NCBI GenBank assembly: GCA_013265495.1
Contig: MU058636.1
Location: forward strand, 8,138,295 to 8,202,294
Direction of reading: 5' to 3'
Origin: Vicugna vicugna
Taxonomy: Eukaryota
DNA length: 64,000 nt
Shown: positions 25,234 to 36,876 of the stretch, piece after piece
How positions within the stretch are numbered: the stretch's first letter is position 1
How the letters are laid out: each line of letters begins with the position of its first letter
Position numbers and translations under genes: made by a program
Notes under the pieces: generated by a model
The model's database searches: none
Seen by the model: the letters and a program-made list of their open reading frames with translations, nothing else
What the model was told of the DNA's origin: nothing

Positions 25234-25663
25234 TGTACAGTCTGGGTCTGGTCAGAACACAGAGGCATTGTGTGCATTCTGATTATGAAGGGTTTCATTA
25301 CAGGGAAAGAGAAGCTTCTGTAACTGTTGAAAGCCCTGGAGGAGTAAAGGGCAGGAGAGCTGCAGTGATGATCTCATCCTGCAGCAGGGATTTCCGTGAC
25401 TCTCAAAGCTCAAGTTACTTTGATCCTCAAGCCAGCTCATGTGTCTGTCTACAATTGCCCGCAACTGCCTCCAGGGGGTAACAGCCTCTCCTTTTCTTCT
25501 GCTTTCTAGATCTTATGCAAGTGCCTCTTGTTGGTAGACTCTAACCAGTAATCACACAAGGAAATGGATTCTGGAAATGCAGTTCCTGGTTTCTCTTCTG
25601 TGACGCATGAGATTTTTGGAGAGGGTGGCAGTGATGTCAAGTTGACAAAGGGACAGTCCAACA
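25234..25663 (-). mobile_element. ERVL LTR, LTR41/LTR33-like
   Basis: TG...CA bounded; GCAAGTGCCTCTTGTTGGTAGACTCTAACC...GGATTCTGGAAATGCAGTTCC...AAGTTGACAAAGGGACAGTCCAACA. Confidence 0.65.
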
Positions 25664-25775
25664 GAGGTGGTGACCCTGGCTCACTAGCAAAGCCTCAGCT
25701 GCTGTGAGGGAGAGAAGTTTCCCAGCATAACTGGCTCCCACTTTGGGAGTGTGGATGTGCCTCCCTGAGACTACC

Positions 25776-25812
25776 TGTATTAGCCAGGATGCCCTGGAGA
25801 AACAGAACCACT

Positions 25813-25868
<56 letters not shown>

Positions 25869-26165
25869 AGACAAGTAGAGACAGAGAGAGATTTATTTTA
25901 AGGAATTGGCTGTTTATTATGGAGGCTGGCTGTTGCAGTTCAAGTCTGAAGGCTGTCTACCGGCTGAATTCCCTCTTGTGCAGAGGATGTCAGGTTCTGT
26001 TTTATTCAGATCTTCATCTCATTGGATGACGCCCACCCGCGTTATGGAGGGCAGTCTTCTTTACTTCACCAGTGTAAATGTTAACCTCAGCAAATATCCT
26101 TACATTTGACCAAACATTTGGGCACTGTGGCCCCGCCAAGTTGACACATAAAATTAACCATCACA
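25776..26165 (-). mobile_element. ERVL solo LTR, MLT2-type, containing (GT)25 at 25816-25865
   Basis: TGTATTAGCCAGG...GAGAAACAGAACCA...GCCAAGTTGACACATAAAATTAACCATCACA terminus; flanks CTACC/CTTACC. Confidence 0.9.
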
Positions 26166-26387
26166 CTTACCCTTCTTCATTTATACCTGAGAAGTTCCGC
26201 CACTGCAATATGCTGTTCTGAAATACAAATTTTTATCAATATGCCCCAAGTTAAAAATTCATGATTTTTTTTGTATACATGGTTTAGGCCAGCTTTCTTA
26301 AAACAAAGAGTGTGATAATTATTTCCCCCCTTTCTGTTAGATTTAGGAAAGAGTAGAAACATCTCTTTTTGCTGTACTCTCTCAATA

Positions 26388-26525
26388 GTCATTCATTCAT
26401 TCAGTCAGTCAGTCAGTCAGTCAGTCTTTGAACAAGTATTTATTGAAGATACAGGCATTGCAGTTAGTGCAGTGATATGGATAAAAGTTCAGATCCAGAA
26501 AATAAGATGTTAAGCTAGGGAGCAA
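26388..26525 (-). mobile_element. L2 3' end with (TCAT)/(TCAG)n tail
   Basis: CATTCATTCATTCAGTCAGTCAG...AACAAGTATTTATTGAAG. Confidence 0.7.
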
Positions 26526-27057
26526 CACAAGCATTTTGTTGTAACCTGTGAAAAACAAATGAAGGAAACCGCAAGTGCAAAAGATACAAGATTTACAAGC
26601 TTGCAAGAGCTGATCCAAAAAGCTTTATGAAAGAGTGAAACTTTACAAGCAAATTAAATAAAAATTGACAAGTCTTAGCAAGTCATGATGACTGCAGGCA
26701 TGTTCCCTGAATAATCAAAGATGAGTCAGGACGATTGTTCTTTCAAACAATTTCACATCAACTAATAAGGTTGTTTAGGAAGCAAAGGCCTTAGCAAAGA
26801 ATACACAGACCCTATCATATACTTAATGACTTTTTCATTGCTCCCCTAGTCTCCTTTCTTTTGTAAGATCCAGATTGTACCAACTTCTGTCTTGCTAACT
26901 ACTATGCTTTTCAGGAGGATAACTACCATGGTTGTTGGAGGATTGTTGTGTTGAGAAGTTGTTGAGAGGGTAGTTTCTGGCCTTATGAGAGTACACATTT
27001 CATGGCAGTATAGTGTGAATATAGTGTGAATAAGTGTGAATAAGATTAAAACAAAAC

Positions 27058-27674
27058 TGGCAAGTAGACTTCTAAGATAATTCCCAGTGACCCTTGCCCT
27101 TAGATAATACTATCCCCTGGGGGTGTGGGTGGAACTTATGAATATGATGAGATACCCACTCCCATGATTATGTTACCCTGTAAGTCAAAGGGAAGATTAT
27201 CTTGGGTGGGCCTGGCCTAATCAGGGAAGCCATTTAAAAGCAGAGAATTTTCTCCAGCTGGTTTCAGAAGTCAGAGTTTCAAAGTAGCAGAAACATACTC
27301 CTGATGGTCTTAAAGAAACAAATGCCATGTTATGGAGAGGGTCACTTGTCAGGGAACTAATGGGAGGCCTCCATGGACTTCGAACACTTCAGTTTGCAGC
27401 CAAAAAAGAAATAGGGATCTAAGTCATAAAAAGTGCAGGAATAAATTCTGCCAACAATACAATCAGCTTGGAAGTGGATTTTTTTTTCAGAGCCTCCAGA
27501 TGAAAACTCAGCTCAGCTCAGCTGACACCTTCATTTCTGCCTCATGATACCCTGAGTGGAAGACCCATCCCACCATGCTGGATGCCAGACCTACAGAACT
27601 GTGAGTGAATTAATAGTTGTTTTAAGCTGCTCAATTTGTGGTAATTTGTTGTGTAACAAAAGAAAACTAAGACA
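27058..27674 (+). mobile_element. MaLR solo LTR, MLT1E-like
   Basis: GACTTCTAAGAT...GATTATCTTGGGTGGGCCTGGCCTAATCAGG...ATTCTGCCAACAA...GACCTACAGAACTGTGAG...GTGGTAATTTGTTG...GAAAACTAAGACA. Confidence 0.88.
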
Positions 27675-28408
27675 AAAGAAAAACAAAATAACTTTTATCC
27701 AAATTTTCTTTTGGATGTGATATTGTGCTGAAATTGGTCTTGTGTGCCATTGCCCCGTTCAGATCCCATGCAGTAAGGTATGAGCTCAATGGTGAGGTGA
27801 TGGACCTCCCATGATGGAAAGGTGGTTTCTTGAGGAGAGGCCCAGTTCACACCTTATAAAATCTAGGAACAGATTAAAAAGTGTTGTTTCCCCCATAAAC
27901 TTTCTGAACGTGGTTGGGTACATGAACGTGGGGTTTAGAATAGTCAGCTGATTTATTAGTCACTTTAGGACTTGATAATACTTCAGACTTAAGTACGTGA
28001 CTCAGATAATCACTTTGTAACGTTCAGTGTAGAGTTGTTGAGGGCTAATTCTTTTGTTTGTTTGTTTGTTTTTGGTAAAATATTTTACTTTCTGACTGGT
28101 AAGCCATAAAAATTTTTCAAAACCTTTTAATAAGTTTAATATAATAGTTTGAATGATCAAAATTATAATGTATTTACTTCAAGAGAGTTAGGTTGAATAA
28201 AGAATCCAAATGTGTAAAGTTAGAGACTTTTTGAGAAAAATACAAAATACCAATCTAACTTTATACATTATCCTTTATCTTCTTTTCCTATTGCAGAATG
28301 TTTAAATATTTAATTCACTGAAATTCTAACACTGATCCCTGCACGAATTCTTTCAACTCTGCTGTCATGCATTATATATTATTAGGAAACTGCATATTGC
28401 ATTAAGAC

Positions 28409-28428
28409 AAAGTAGGTCAGTGACCTTT
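28409..28428. promoter_or_regulatory. Composite nuclear-receptor element (perfect IR-1, RORE-type and NBRE half-sites)
   Basis: AAAGT-AGGTCA-G-TGACCT-TT read directly; function untested. Confidence 0.45.
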
Positions 28429-29184
28429 AATTGCTTGTTAATGAGAAGGCCAAAGCCACAGCTGTGGTTCCTCTTCTCATTTTTCTTTTCTCTGTGACTC
28501 AGATCCCTTATCTCAAAACCGCTTCTCACACTCCATACTTGGACCCTTCCTTTCATGTCTAGTCATCTTTTCCCCTGTAATTCTCATCTTTGATCTTTCC
28601 TCATCCTAATTTTCCGTGAGAACCTTGCTTCCTCCTTTTAACCATTATTTTACCTACCTTTCCAACACCTCTCATGATTCATTTCTTTTCACCACCACCA
28701 CTCCTCATTTCCTTAAGAAATTAATTTCTTTCCTGTGCTCTGTTTTTCTTTTTAGTAAATAATTACTTAACTCAAGAAATGTCTAAATTCCACACAGAGA
28801 TTGGGTCAAGATGTTAAGTGATTTATACAAGTTCGTTATTCTTCTTTCTTATTGAGAACCTTCTCACATCCATGACGTAAATGATAAATACATCCTATTT
28901 ATCAGCTCACCTTTATCTTCTCTCTCAACTTGTCTCCCACTTCATCACTATAAATTGCTAAATATCTGTGCATAACACCAGTGCTAGGTTATGCAGGAGC
29001 TGGGACATTCAGAATGTTAGTTACGAAGTTTACCTGCATTTTCTGGGTTCTCATCAGAGATCTGCTGAGAAACAACAGGGGAACATCAGGTTCTGCTGGA
29101 CCAGATGACACCTTGGTACACATGGTACCGTTGACCATGTGGGTGCAAAGCTTAGTGAGCAGAAGAGACCTTCACGCAATTTAG

Positions 29185-29341
29185 AATCAAGGTGACCTTT
29201 CTTATGGAAGGACATAGCCTTCTGTCAAGGTTTATGGCTAGAAACAAAGGTGTGTGGGCTGCATGCAGCCTCAACTCATCCCCTTTGCTAGGCCCTTTTG
29301 TGCAGCGAACAACCTGCACAATTGTATGTGGCCTCACCCTG
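29185..29341. mobile_element. MER91-like hAT element
   Basis: CCTTTTGTGCAGCGAACAACCTGCACAATTGTATGTGGCCTCACCCTG terminus. Confidence 0.65.
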
Positions 29342-30965
29342 GAAATGCAACTCCAATAAAAGTAAAACAAGCAGAGCATAAAAAGCTATGCTTATGTTAT
29401 GAAAGCTGTAGCAATTCATACAGGTTTCCATGAAAAGAATTAAAATTTACTAAAAGGCTTTTTCAAGCCAAATACTCAAAGTATAATGAATGATCATTAG
29501 GGTTTATAATAAATTAGGCATTAGAAATGTGTTATTTCAATAGGAAATGAGAGTAAAATTGGGAAAGTAAATATAGATAGATGGAGTATAGAACACTGTT
29601 TGTCAAACTTTTTGTTAAAACGCCAGCTAGGAAATAGTTTAGGCTTCGTGGACCTCACAGTATGTAATGGATGCATATTAAGATTCTCTGGGTCCCAGTG
29701 AATTTTATTCCCTTTCCTTCATAGAAACTAGATGATACCAGAACTGATCTTTGTTGGGGCTGGCCTCACTAATGGAATTCAGATGGTTTGCTCAGATAAG
29801 TAATTCTCTGGGGAAAACTCACTGTAAGCAAAACACTTGAAAAGATATGAGAAAGGGCAGCAACTGGGCTATAAAAACAGACTATTTTTCTATGGAAAAA
29901 ACTTCATGGTCCTAGCCTTTAACTCATTCCCTAATTATCTAAATGTGTTATCCCATAGCGTAAATACAAAGATATTTTTACTCTGAGGGCAAGTTGCCCT
30001 GAGTTATCAAACTCTCAAATCTTGAAAAGGATCAATCTTAAAAAGATTCTTCTTTTCTCCTCCTCTCCCCCACCTCTTCTTTTTCTTTTTCGTGTCTCCT
30101 CTCAAGATGAATATAGACTTTATAAACACTATGTGGAATAGGTGAGATCTGATGGGACACTGGACAACTGGACATCCAGGCCTTAGTGTTTCCTGCATGG
30201 AGCAGAATTCCTTTGACCACACGAGCCCACCTGCATTGTCTGCTATAGCCTATAACCTCTCCTTTCGCCAGAAGGGATAAGTTTATGAAGGAGTTCACTG
30301 TTTTTTCAAGGCAACTAAAGCCAGCTGGAATATACTTTATTCACTGTTATACACTTTATTTAATGAGACTTTTATATTCCAGTGAATACTGGCAGTTAAG
30401 AGGCCTTGGAGGCAGGGTTTAAATTTTGACTGTCATTTACCACTGCTAGAAAGAAATAAAACAAATTCTCTTGGGGATATATCTCAGTGAAAACAAACCT
30501 TCCTCTTCCATGGCACATTGATAAAAAGAAAGCTCAAAGTTACAAGGATTTTCTGAATTCCATTGGTACTGCTAACTAGTAACATGACTGTTTTGAGTGC
30601 ATTGAGTATTTTGATACTTGCTTTGACTTGCTTTTAATATCACTGTAATTTCCCATGGCACCTTTTTGTTCTAAAATTGCTGCAGGCAAATATACAAACT
30701 ATGGACAGGGCCAGTCTTGTCTATTTATGAAACGAAGTTTTGTTTTTTATTAAGCTTAGCCTTCATTTCTCGGAAGTTAAAGGAAGAAAATAATTAGTAC
30801 CTTCCTTCTAAGGCCATTTTGAAATTTTATGAAAAAAGTATGTTCTAGAAAACTGATCTGGGAATGCAGTGGGTGAACTGATTCTAATCCTACTTTGTGT
30901 ATGGAGCTAGATGGATCTTCTGGTACTGGTTGTAGGGGTGGGGATGGTGTATTTCTGTAGGGTTG

Positions 30966-31475
30966 TGTTACTGAGTCCAAACTTGTTCTGCTTGCCACTG
31001 GACTGGCCAATAAATTTGGAGACAAGGTGCTGGGGCAAGGAATAATGATTTTATTTAGAAAGCCAGCTGACTAAGAAGATGAGAGACTCATGCCCTGGAG
31101 AACCACCTTACCCAAGTCAGAATTCAGGCTCCTTTTATACTAAAAGGGGAAGGGGTGTGGTTAGTTGTTGCAAACTTCTTGGTGTTGGAATCCTTTGTTC
31201 TTGCATCTGTCCACGTAGGTCAGGTCATGATGTTCCTCCAACAAGACAAATGTTATTCTCTGTTCTGCAGCTTTTTATCTCTATATGAATGGAAAAGTGT
31301 TAAACCCTTAAAGGTCAGAGTCTTGAGAATGGGCCATCCTGTCTATTTCAGGGTAGAGGCAAGAATGTTTTATAGAAGGTGCGGAACCAGTATGACTCAG
31401 CACATAAACCGAGCACAGGGTTAGAGCTAAAAGAACAGATCTAATATGGAGTCAGATTTGTTCTTCCCTATTACA
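30966..31475 (-). mobile_element. ERV1-class solo LTR
   Basis: TGTTAC...TTACA termini; minus-strand TATAAAA (~31133) and AATAAA (~31050); 4-bp flanks GTTG/ATTG. Confidence 0.85.
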
Positions 31476-33230
31476 ATTGGAGTCTAACAGTAGCTTGTAT
31501 ACTTTTCCTGTCTGTGCTCTCCAGAACAAGTAAGCTATAGAGAGGGGTGGCAGGGATGGAGCTGATGAATGTTCAACAACTTGGCCCTGCTTATCTCTTC
31601 CACGTGATTCAAAGATGATGGGAGAAAAGGATGAATGCAGTGTGTCAATAAGAGGAGTTTCATCCCCTACTTGAAAGATGTTATTCCCAGCAGCATAGAG
31701 ATTTGTCAGTGGCACCTTAGAGCATTAGTTCAGGTGTGTGCATTAATTAAACTGTTTCTTTTTGAGGAATCACCCCAATGGCTGCTAGACCTAGAACTCT
31801 GCTGTTCCAAATCACTGGTTTACACCAGAACTTGGCATTTGCAGATCATTTAGCATAAGATGCTATAAACATAGGTTTAGGTTATTTACTTTGTAGTAGG
31901 AATTTTCAATGTATTTTGAATTCATACTTGTTAAGACTTGGGAAGCCTTTCGGTTAAGATTTTTTCAGCCTGTTTGATGCTACTGAACTTTTTTTCCTTT
32001 TGGTTCATCAAAGATGAATTCCTTTAGGCCTTATGACTAATTTTTACTAAATCCAGAGATTATCTAACGAGTTCCTTAGAAAACTTTGGAACAAGATTAA
32101 TATAAGATTTATTGAGTGACTAATGTAATCATTATCTCTGGAGAAATAAACTGGCATCTAGTTTACTGGTTAGTTGCAAAAAATTCTGGCAATGAACAGA
32201 AGCAAGGCTAAACATCCATTATTAAAAAAAAAAAAGTGTCAGGGGCCCTTGATGTTCGTATAAGACATAGCCTCAGTTTTAAATTTTCTTCCCAAAGCAT
32301 GACATTCTTCCTTGGCCATCATAATTTATCTCCTGATAAAATTTACTATGTGTATTCATGAGAGTATGATTTATAAAAGTCCAGATGTAGACTGAATCTT
32401 TATCATGTAAAAGCATCTAATGGATTTTTTGGGGGAAGAGTAACTGTGAAAAGGAATGTTTGCTCAGAGTACGAGCTGGGAAAGCATATGTACCCATGAA
32501 GGAAATTACTGAAATAAAAGAAAAAGTCACATCACTGGGTTCATCTATTTCAAACTTTGATGCATTAGAAGAAAATCAATCTGTGCTCCAGAAGGCATTT
32601 TAAATAGTCAAAGAATATTTTTTTCCATCAGACATTTTCATATTTGTGCTTAGATAATACTTCAAACATTTTGAAGGAACAGAGGAATGCTATGGAAAAA
32701 AATCACTCTATTTCTAATTCTTAAATGATCATAACTCACAGTCCCGGCCAGAATTTTGTTTTTACAACTATTCCCTGCACATATATTAATGACTGATATG
32801 AGAGTTCTGTCTCCTACATATATATGCTGCATGTGTGTGTGACTTCTGTGTGTAAATTGGGTGTTTTTGCACTTTATGAGTTTAATTTGGAATCCAATTC
32901 TAAATGTTAATCTTTCAGACCTAGAATGACAGAATTTGTGAAAATTAGAATGTACCCATAATTTAACACAAGCCCTGGGACAAGTTATGAAGTAGGTGAA
33001 GATCATCGTCATGAGATTCCATCTCCATTTGTAGGGGTTTTACTCTGAACTTCTGTCTCTGGCTGGGGAAAGCCTGCTGGACCACACAGAAAACTGTCCT
33101 GGGATGTTTGTAGTTTGGAAAATGGTTTCTGAACCTGTATTCAACCTCCTATGCTTATTTTCTCTCTGCCATTCTGAATTTCTTTCTCTCTTTCTTTCTT
33201 GTGTTTATTTCTTGTAGTGTATGCATTTTA

Positions 33231-34870
33231 TTTTTTTAAATTGTATTTTACTTTTCAATTGAGATAAAATTGACAAATGACATTATATTAGTTTCAGGTA
33301 TACAACACAATTTGTTTTCTTGTGATGAGAACTTTTAAGATCTACTCTCTTAGCAACTTTCAGATATGTAATACAATATTATTAGCTGTAGTCTTCCATT
33401 CAAATGTTGAATGCATTTTGAGTTAGTTTTTGTATGTGGTGTAAGATAATGGTCCAGTTTCAGTTTTCTGCATGTGGCTGTCCAGTGTTCAAAACACCAT
33501 TTACTGATGAGACTGTCCTTTTTCCATTGTATATTCTTGGCTCATTTGTTGTAAATTACTTGACCACATATGCAGGCTTATTTCTAGGCTCTCTAGTCTG
33601 TTCCATTGATCTATGTGTCTGTTTTTAATGTCAATACCATAGTTTTTTTTTATTACTATAGCTTTATAATATAGTTTGAAATCAGGAAGTGTGGTGGCTC
33701 CAACTTTGTTGTTCTGTTTCAAGATTGCATTGGCTGTTTGTGGTCTTTTGTGGTTCCATAAGTAGTTTAGGACTGTTTCTTCTATTTCTTTGAAAAATAT
33801 CGTAGGAATGTTGGTAGAGATTGCATTGAATCTGTAAATTTCTTTGCATAGTGTTGACGTTTTAACAATGTTACTTCTACCAATCCATGAGCTTGGAATA
33901 TCTTTCTACTGATTTGTATCTTCAAATTCTTTCATTGATATCTTATAGTTCTTAGTGTACAGGTCTTTCACATTTTTGGTTAAATTTATTTCTAGGTTTT
34001 TTTAAAAAATGAAGTTGTAAATGGGATCATATTTTTAATGTCACCTCCTGATAGTTAATTAGTGTATAGAAATGCAACAGATCTTTGTATATTGATCTTG
34101 TGTCCTGTAACTTTACTGAATTCGATTATTCTAATAAATTTTTTTTTTGGTTGAGTCTTCAGGGTTTTCTATATGTATCATGTCAACTGCAAATAGTGAC
34201 AGTTTTACTTCTTCCTTTCCCATTTTGATGCCTTTCATTTCTTTTTCTTCACTGATTGCTCTGGCTAGGACTTCCATCTACTTCTGTTCTTGAATTTAGT
34301 GATTTTGAGTCTTCGCAAATGCACAAGCACCTCAAATTCTCTTTTTATCTTGAGCTTTCACTTGGAACATATTCCTCTGTTTCTTTGTTTTTCTTGACTC
34401 TCTGTGTTGGTTTCTCTGCATTAGAGTAAACAACCCCTTCCCCTGGTCTTTTAGGACTGACAGGAGACAAATCTTAGCATTCAACTCTGCCCTACCTGCT
34501 TTGATTGTCCAAGCAGCCGACTTTGTTCTTAGTTGCTCCCAGTGGTTGAGGATGTGGCAAGACCTGCCAGTGTCCGAAAGGGGAGGATCTCAGTCAGCAT
34601 CCAGATGCAGGGTGATTGGAAGCTGAACCCTCAAGCAATAGTTTTTAAAGTTTACAAATATACCTTCAAGGGAAGGTGAGGAGAGAGGCATTTCTGTCTT
34701 TTCCCTCTTCACTGAGATCTGGTATAATAACCAGTTAAGAACTATTTCTTTGTTTGCTATCATCCCATTGAACCTGTGAACACAAGCCCTGCTGGCCACC
34801 AGAGTCAAGATATCAAGGAATGTTTCCTCTGAGTAGCAGCCACAAAATCCTGGATGCCAGACATGAACAC
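33231..34870 (-). mobile_element. L1 (L1MA9-like) retaining 5' UTR, part of ORF2 and 3' end, with large internal deletions
   Basis: 3' end 33231-33399; ORF2 ~33400-34277 (ORF track GATTLPDFKLYYKAIVIK...KNRHIDQWNRLES); 5' UTR-like ~34350-34870; 16-bp TSD TAGTGTATGCATTTTA/TAGTGTGTGCATTTTA. Confidence 0.88.
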
Positions 34871-35271
34871 TAGTGTGTGCATTTTAATGCAAATACATAC
34901 AAAGAAAGGATACAAAATTCCCCCTTTATTCCCCTCACCTTCCACTTCCCATTCTCCTCCCATCACTACTGTTTACACTTTAGTGTGTATGTTTTCAGTC
35001 CCTAGCACATGCACATGTTTAAAAGAGTACATATACTTTGACCTCCAATTCTACTGTCTTTTCATTTTATAAATATTAGTCTATCTTATTATTATTTTTT
35101 CAAAAGAGTAATCACCACTTTGAAGGTAAGTATATTTGCCTACTAAACAGAGTAAATATAGCCCTTGATATACAGAAATTGACTCTGAGTTTCAAAAGTC
35201 TCTTCTTGCTAGACTACTCATGTAAAACACTCATTACACTCTATGTTATGGGGGACTTGTAAAATGCTATC

Positions 35272-35706
35272 TACAGTGGGTTAGTGGTGCGCCCCCAACT
35301 CCACCCAAAAGAGTATGCTCATGTCCTAAGTCCTGGAACCTGTAAATGTTGAGAAGGGTCTCTGCAAGTGTAATTAACTTAAGGACCTTGAGGTGAGGAG
35401 ATCATCCTGGACTACTTACGTTGCCTTTAAATCCAATGACAAGAATCTTTATGAGATAGACACCCAGAGGGAAGGTGTGCAGGCAGAAGGCCATGTGAAG
35501 AGGAAGGTAGAGAATGGAGTGGTGTGGCCACAAGTCAAGGAAGCCATTGGATGCTGGGTGCTACCAGAAGGTGGAAGAGGCAAGGAAAGAGTCTGAGGGA
35601 GTGCAGCTCTGATGACATTTTAATTTGGACTTCTGGCCTCCAGAACTGTGAAAGAATAAATCTGTTATTTTAAGCCACTTGTATGGAGTGTCAACCAAGA
35701 AACACA
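35272..35706 (+). mobile_element. MaLR LTR MLT1B/C-like
   Basis: CCTGGAACCTGTAAATGT...GAGATCATCCTGGA...AGAAGGCCATGTGAAG...GACTTCTGGCCTCCAGAACTGTGAAAGAATAAAT. Confidence 0.88.
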
Positions 35707-35759
35707 GAAGTTGTTAACTCCTCTTACCAGAAGATAGCAGTCATTCTCCACTCTCAATC

Positions 35760-36234
35760 TTGCTTTGCCTGCACATCATGCAGAGTCCTTACCTGAGGCA
35801 GGAGTTTTGCAAGATAATATGCTTGAAAGTATACCTTCCTCAAGATTTGCTCCATCTGCCCCTGTGGTATCTAGGCCAATAACTAGGGTCAATCTTAGCA
35901 TAGCCCAACTAGGGGAGTACCAGCTCTGACTTAGGAGGAAAGGGATTGTTCAGCAGATGAGTTGTAGGACCTGGCTAAAGCATATTGTCAGGAAATAGGA
36001 AAATGTACTTAGAAATAAATCTTGAGATTGCTATAACAGAAGTTACAAAATAAGGCTGAACAGAAGAGAGTTTATTGAAATGGATTCTTTCATATGACTC
36101 AGGATTCAACATTCTGGCACCAGGCGTCAGTTATAATCTTCTGCTTAGATGGTGGAGATGCTGTAACTGCCATGGCAAAGCACTGAAGGAGGAGTCAAAA
36201 GGCTCAGACAGGTGGGCATGTTAGAGTGGATTTG
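35760..36234 (+). pseudogene. Degraded ERV-L-class gag (internal proviral fragment)
   Basis: Manual translation with stops/frameshifts: PVVSRPITRV (35861); EERDCSADEL*DLAKAYCQEIG...ILRLL (35935); SYDSGFNILA; VEML*LPWQSTEGGVKRLRQVGMLEWI (36152-36232); colinear with HERV-L-type gag motifs SRPITRL...EEGIQRLREIGMLEWI. Confidence 0.8.
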
Positions 36235-36836
36235 CAGTCCTTGCTTTGCATGGTTCTGATATGCATGAATTTTAGTTACTGCCCATTCAGTTAAAATATA
36301 CCGGTGCTCCAACAACACAGTTCAAATTTCAGTGACAGGATATGTTAACTGTGATTGCTGCTTTGAACGAACTTTGCTGCTTGCTCTTCAATGCACAAAT
36401 CACTACATAAGTGCAAGATGCACGTCATGATCAGCGACTAATTGTGCCACTTTTTTCAAAGTCTATAGGTCATTAGCCTATCACGAGGGAAATGGCCATC
36501 AAAAATAAAATACAGAAAAGAAACAAAAAGTGATAATGCTAGAAGTGAAATTCTAACCAAGTGTCAATGGGTTTAGAGAAGAAATAGCTGACCATGGAAA
36601 TATTGACACCACCCTTGTTTAAGAGACTCCAGATGTGCGACCAGAGGAACTCAGTAAAGGTAGCCTTGTCAACATAAATGAGAAAAACTGGTCATGACAG
36701 AAGGGATGAAGTTATCACAGAGAAAGGGATGCCAGTGAAAAACTTCACATTCATGGAATTCTCAGAGATATTTCACCACATTGAAAGTGGAAAGGATAAA
36801 ATACTGGAAGTGGATCCAAACTAGAAAGCAGTATGT
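36235..36836 (+). mobile_element. TcMar-Tigger non-autonomous element (Tigger13a-like)
   Basis: CAGTCCTTGCTTTGCATGGTTCTGATATGCATGAATTTTAGTTAC start; GAAATAGCTGACCATGG...AAAACTTCACATT...GGATAAAATACTGGAAGTGGATCCAAAC. Confidence 0.8.
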
Positions 36837-36838
36837 CA

Positions 36839-36876
36839 GGGGGGTACAGCTCAGTGGTAGACTGCATACTTTGCAC
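36839..36876 (+). pseudogene. 5' half of tRNA-Ala or head of tRNA-Ala-derived SINE
   Basis: GGGGGTACAGCTCAGTGGTAGACTGCATACTTTGCA: A box present, stops after the TGC anticodon, no B box or tail. Confidence 0.75.
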
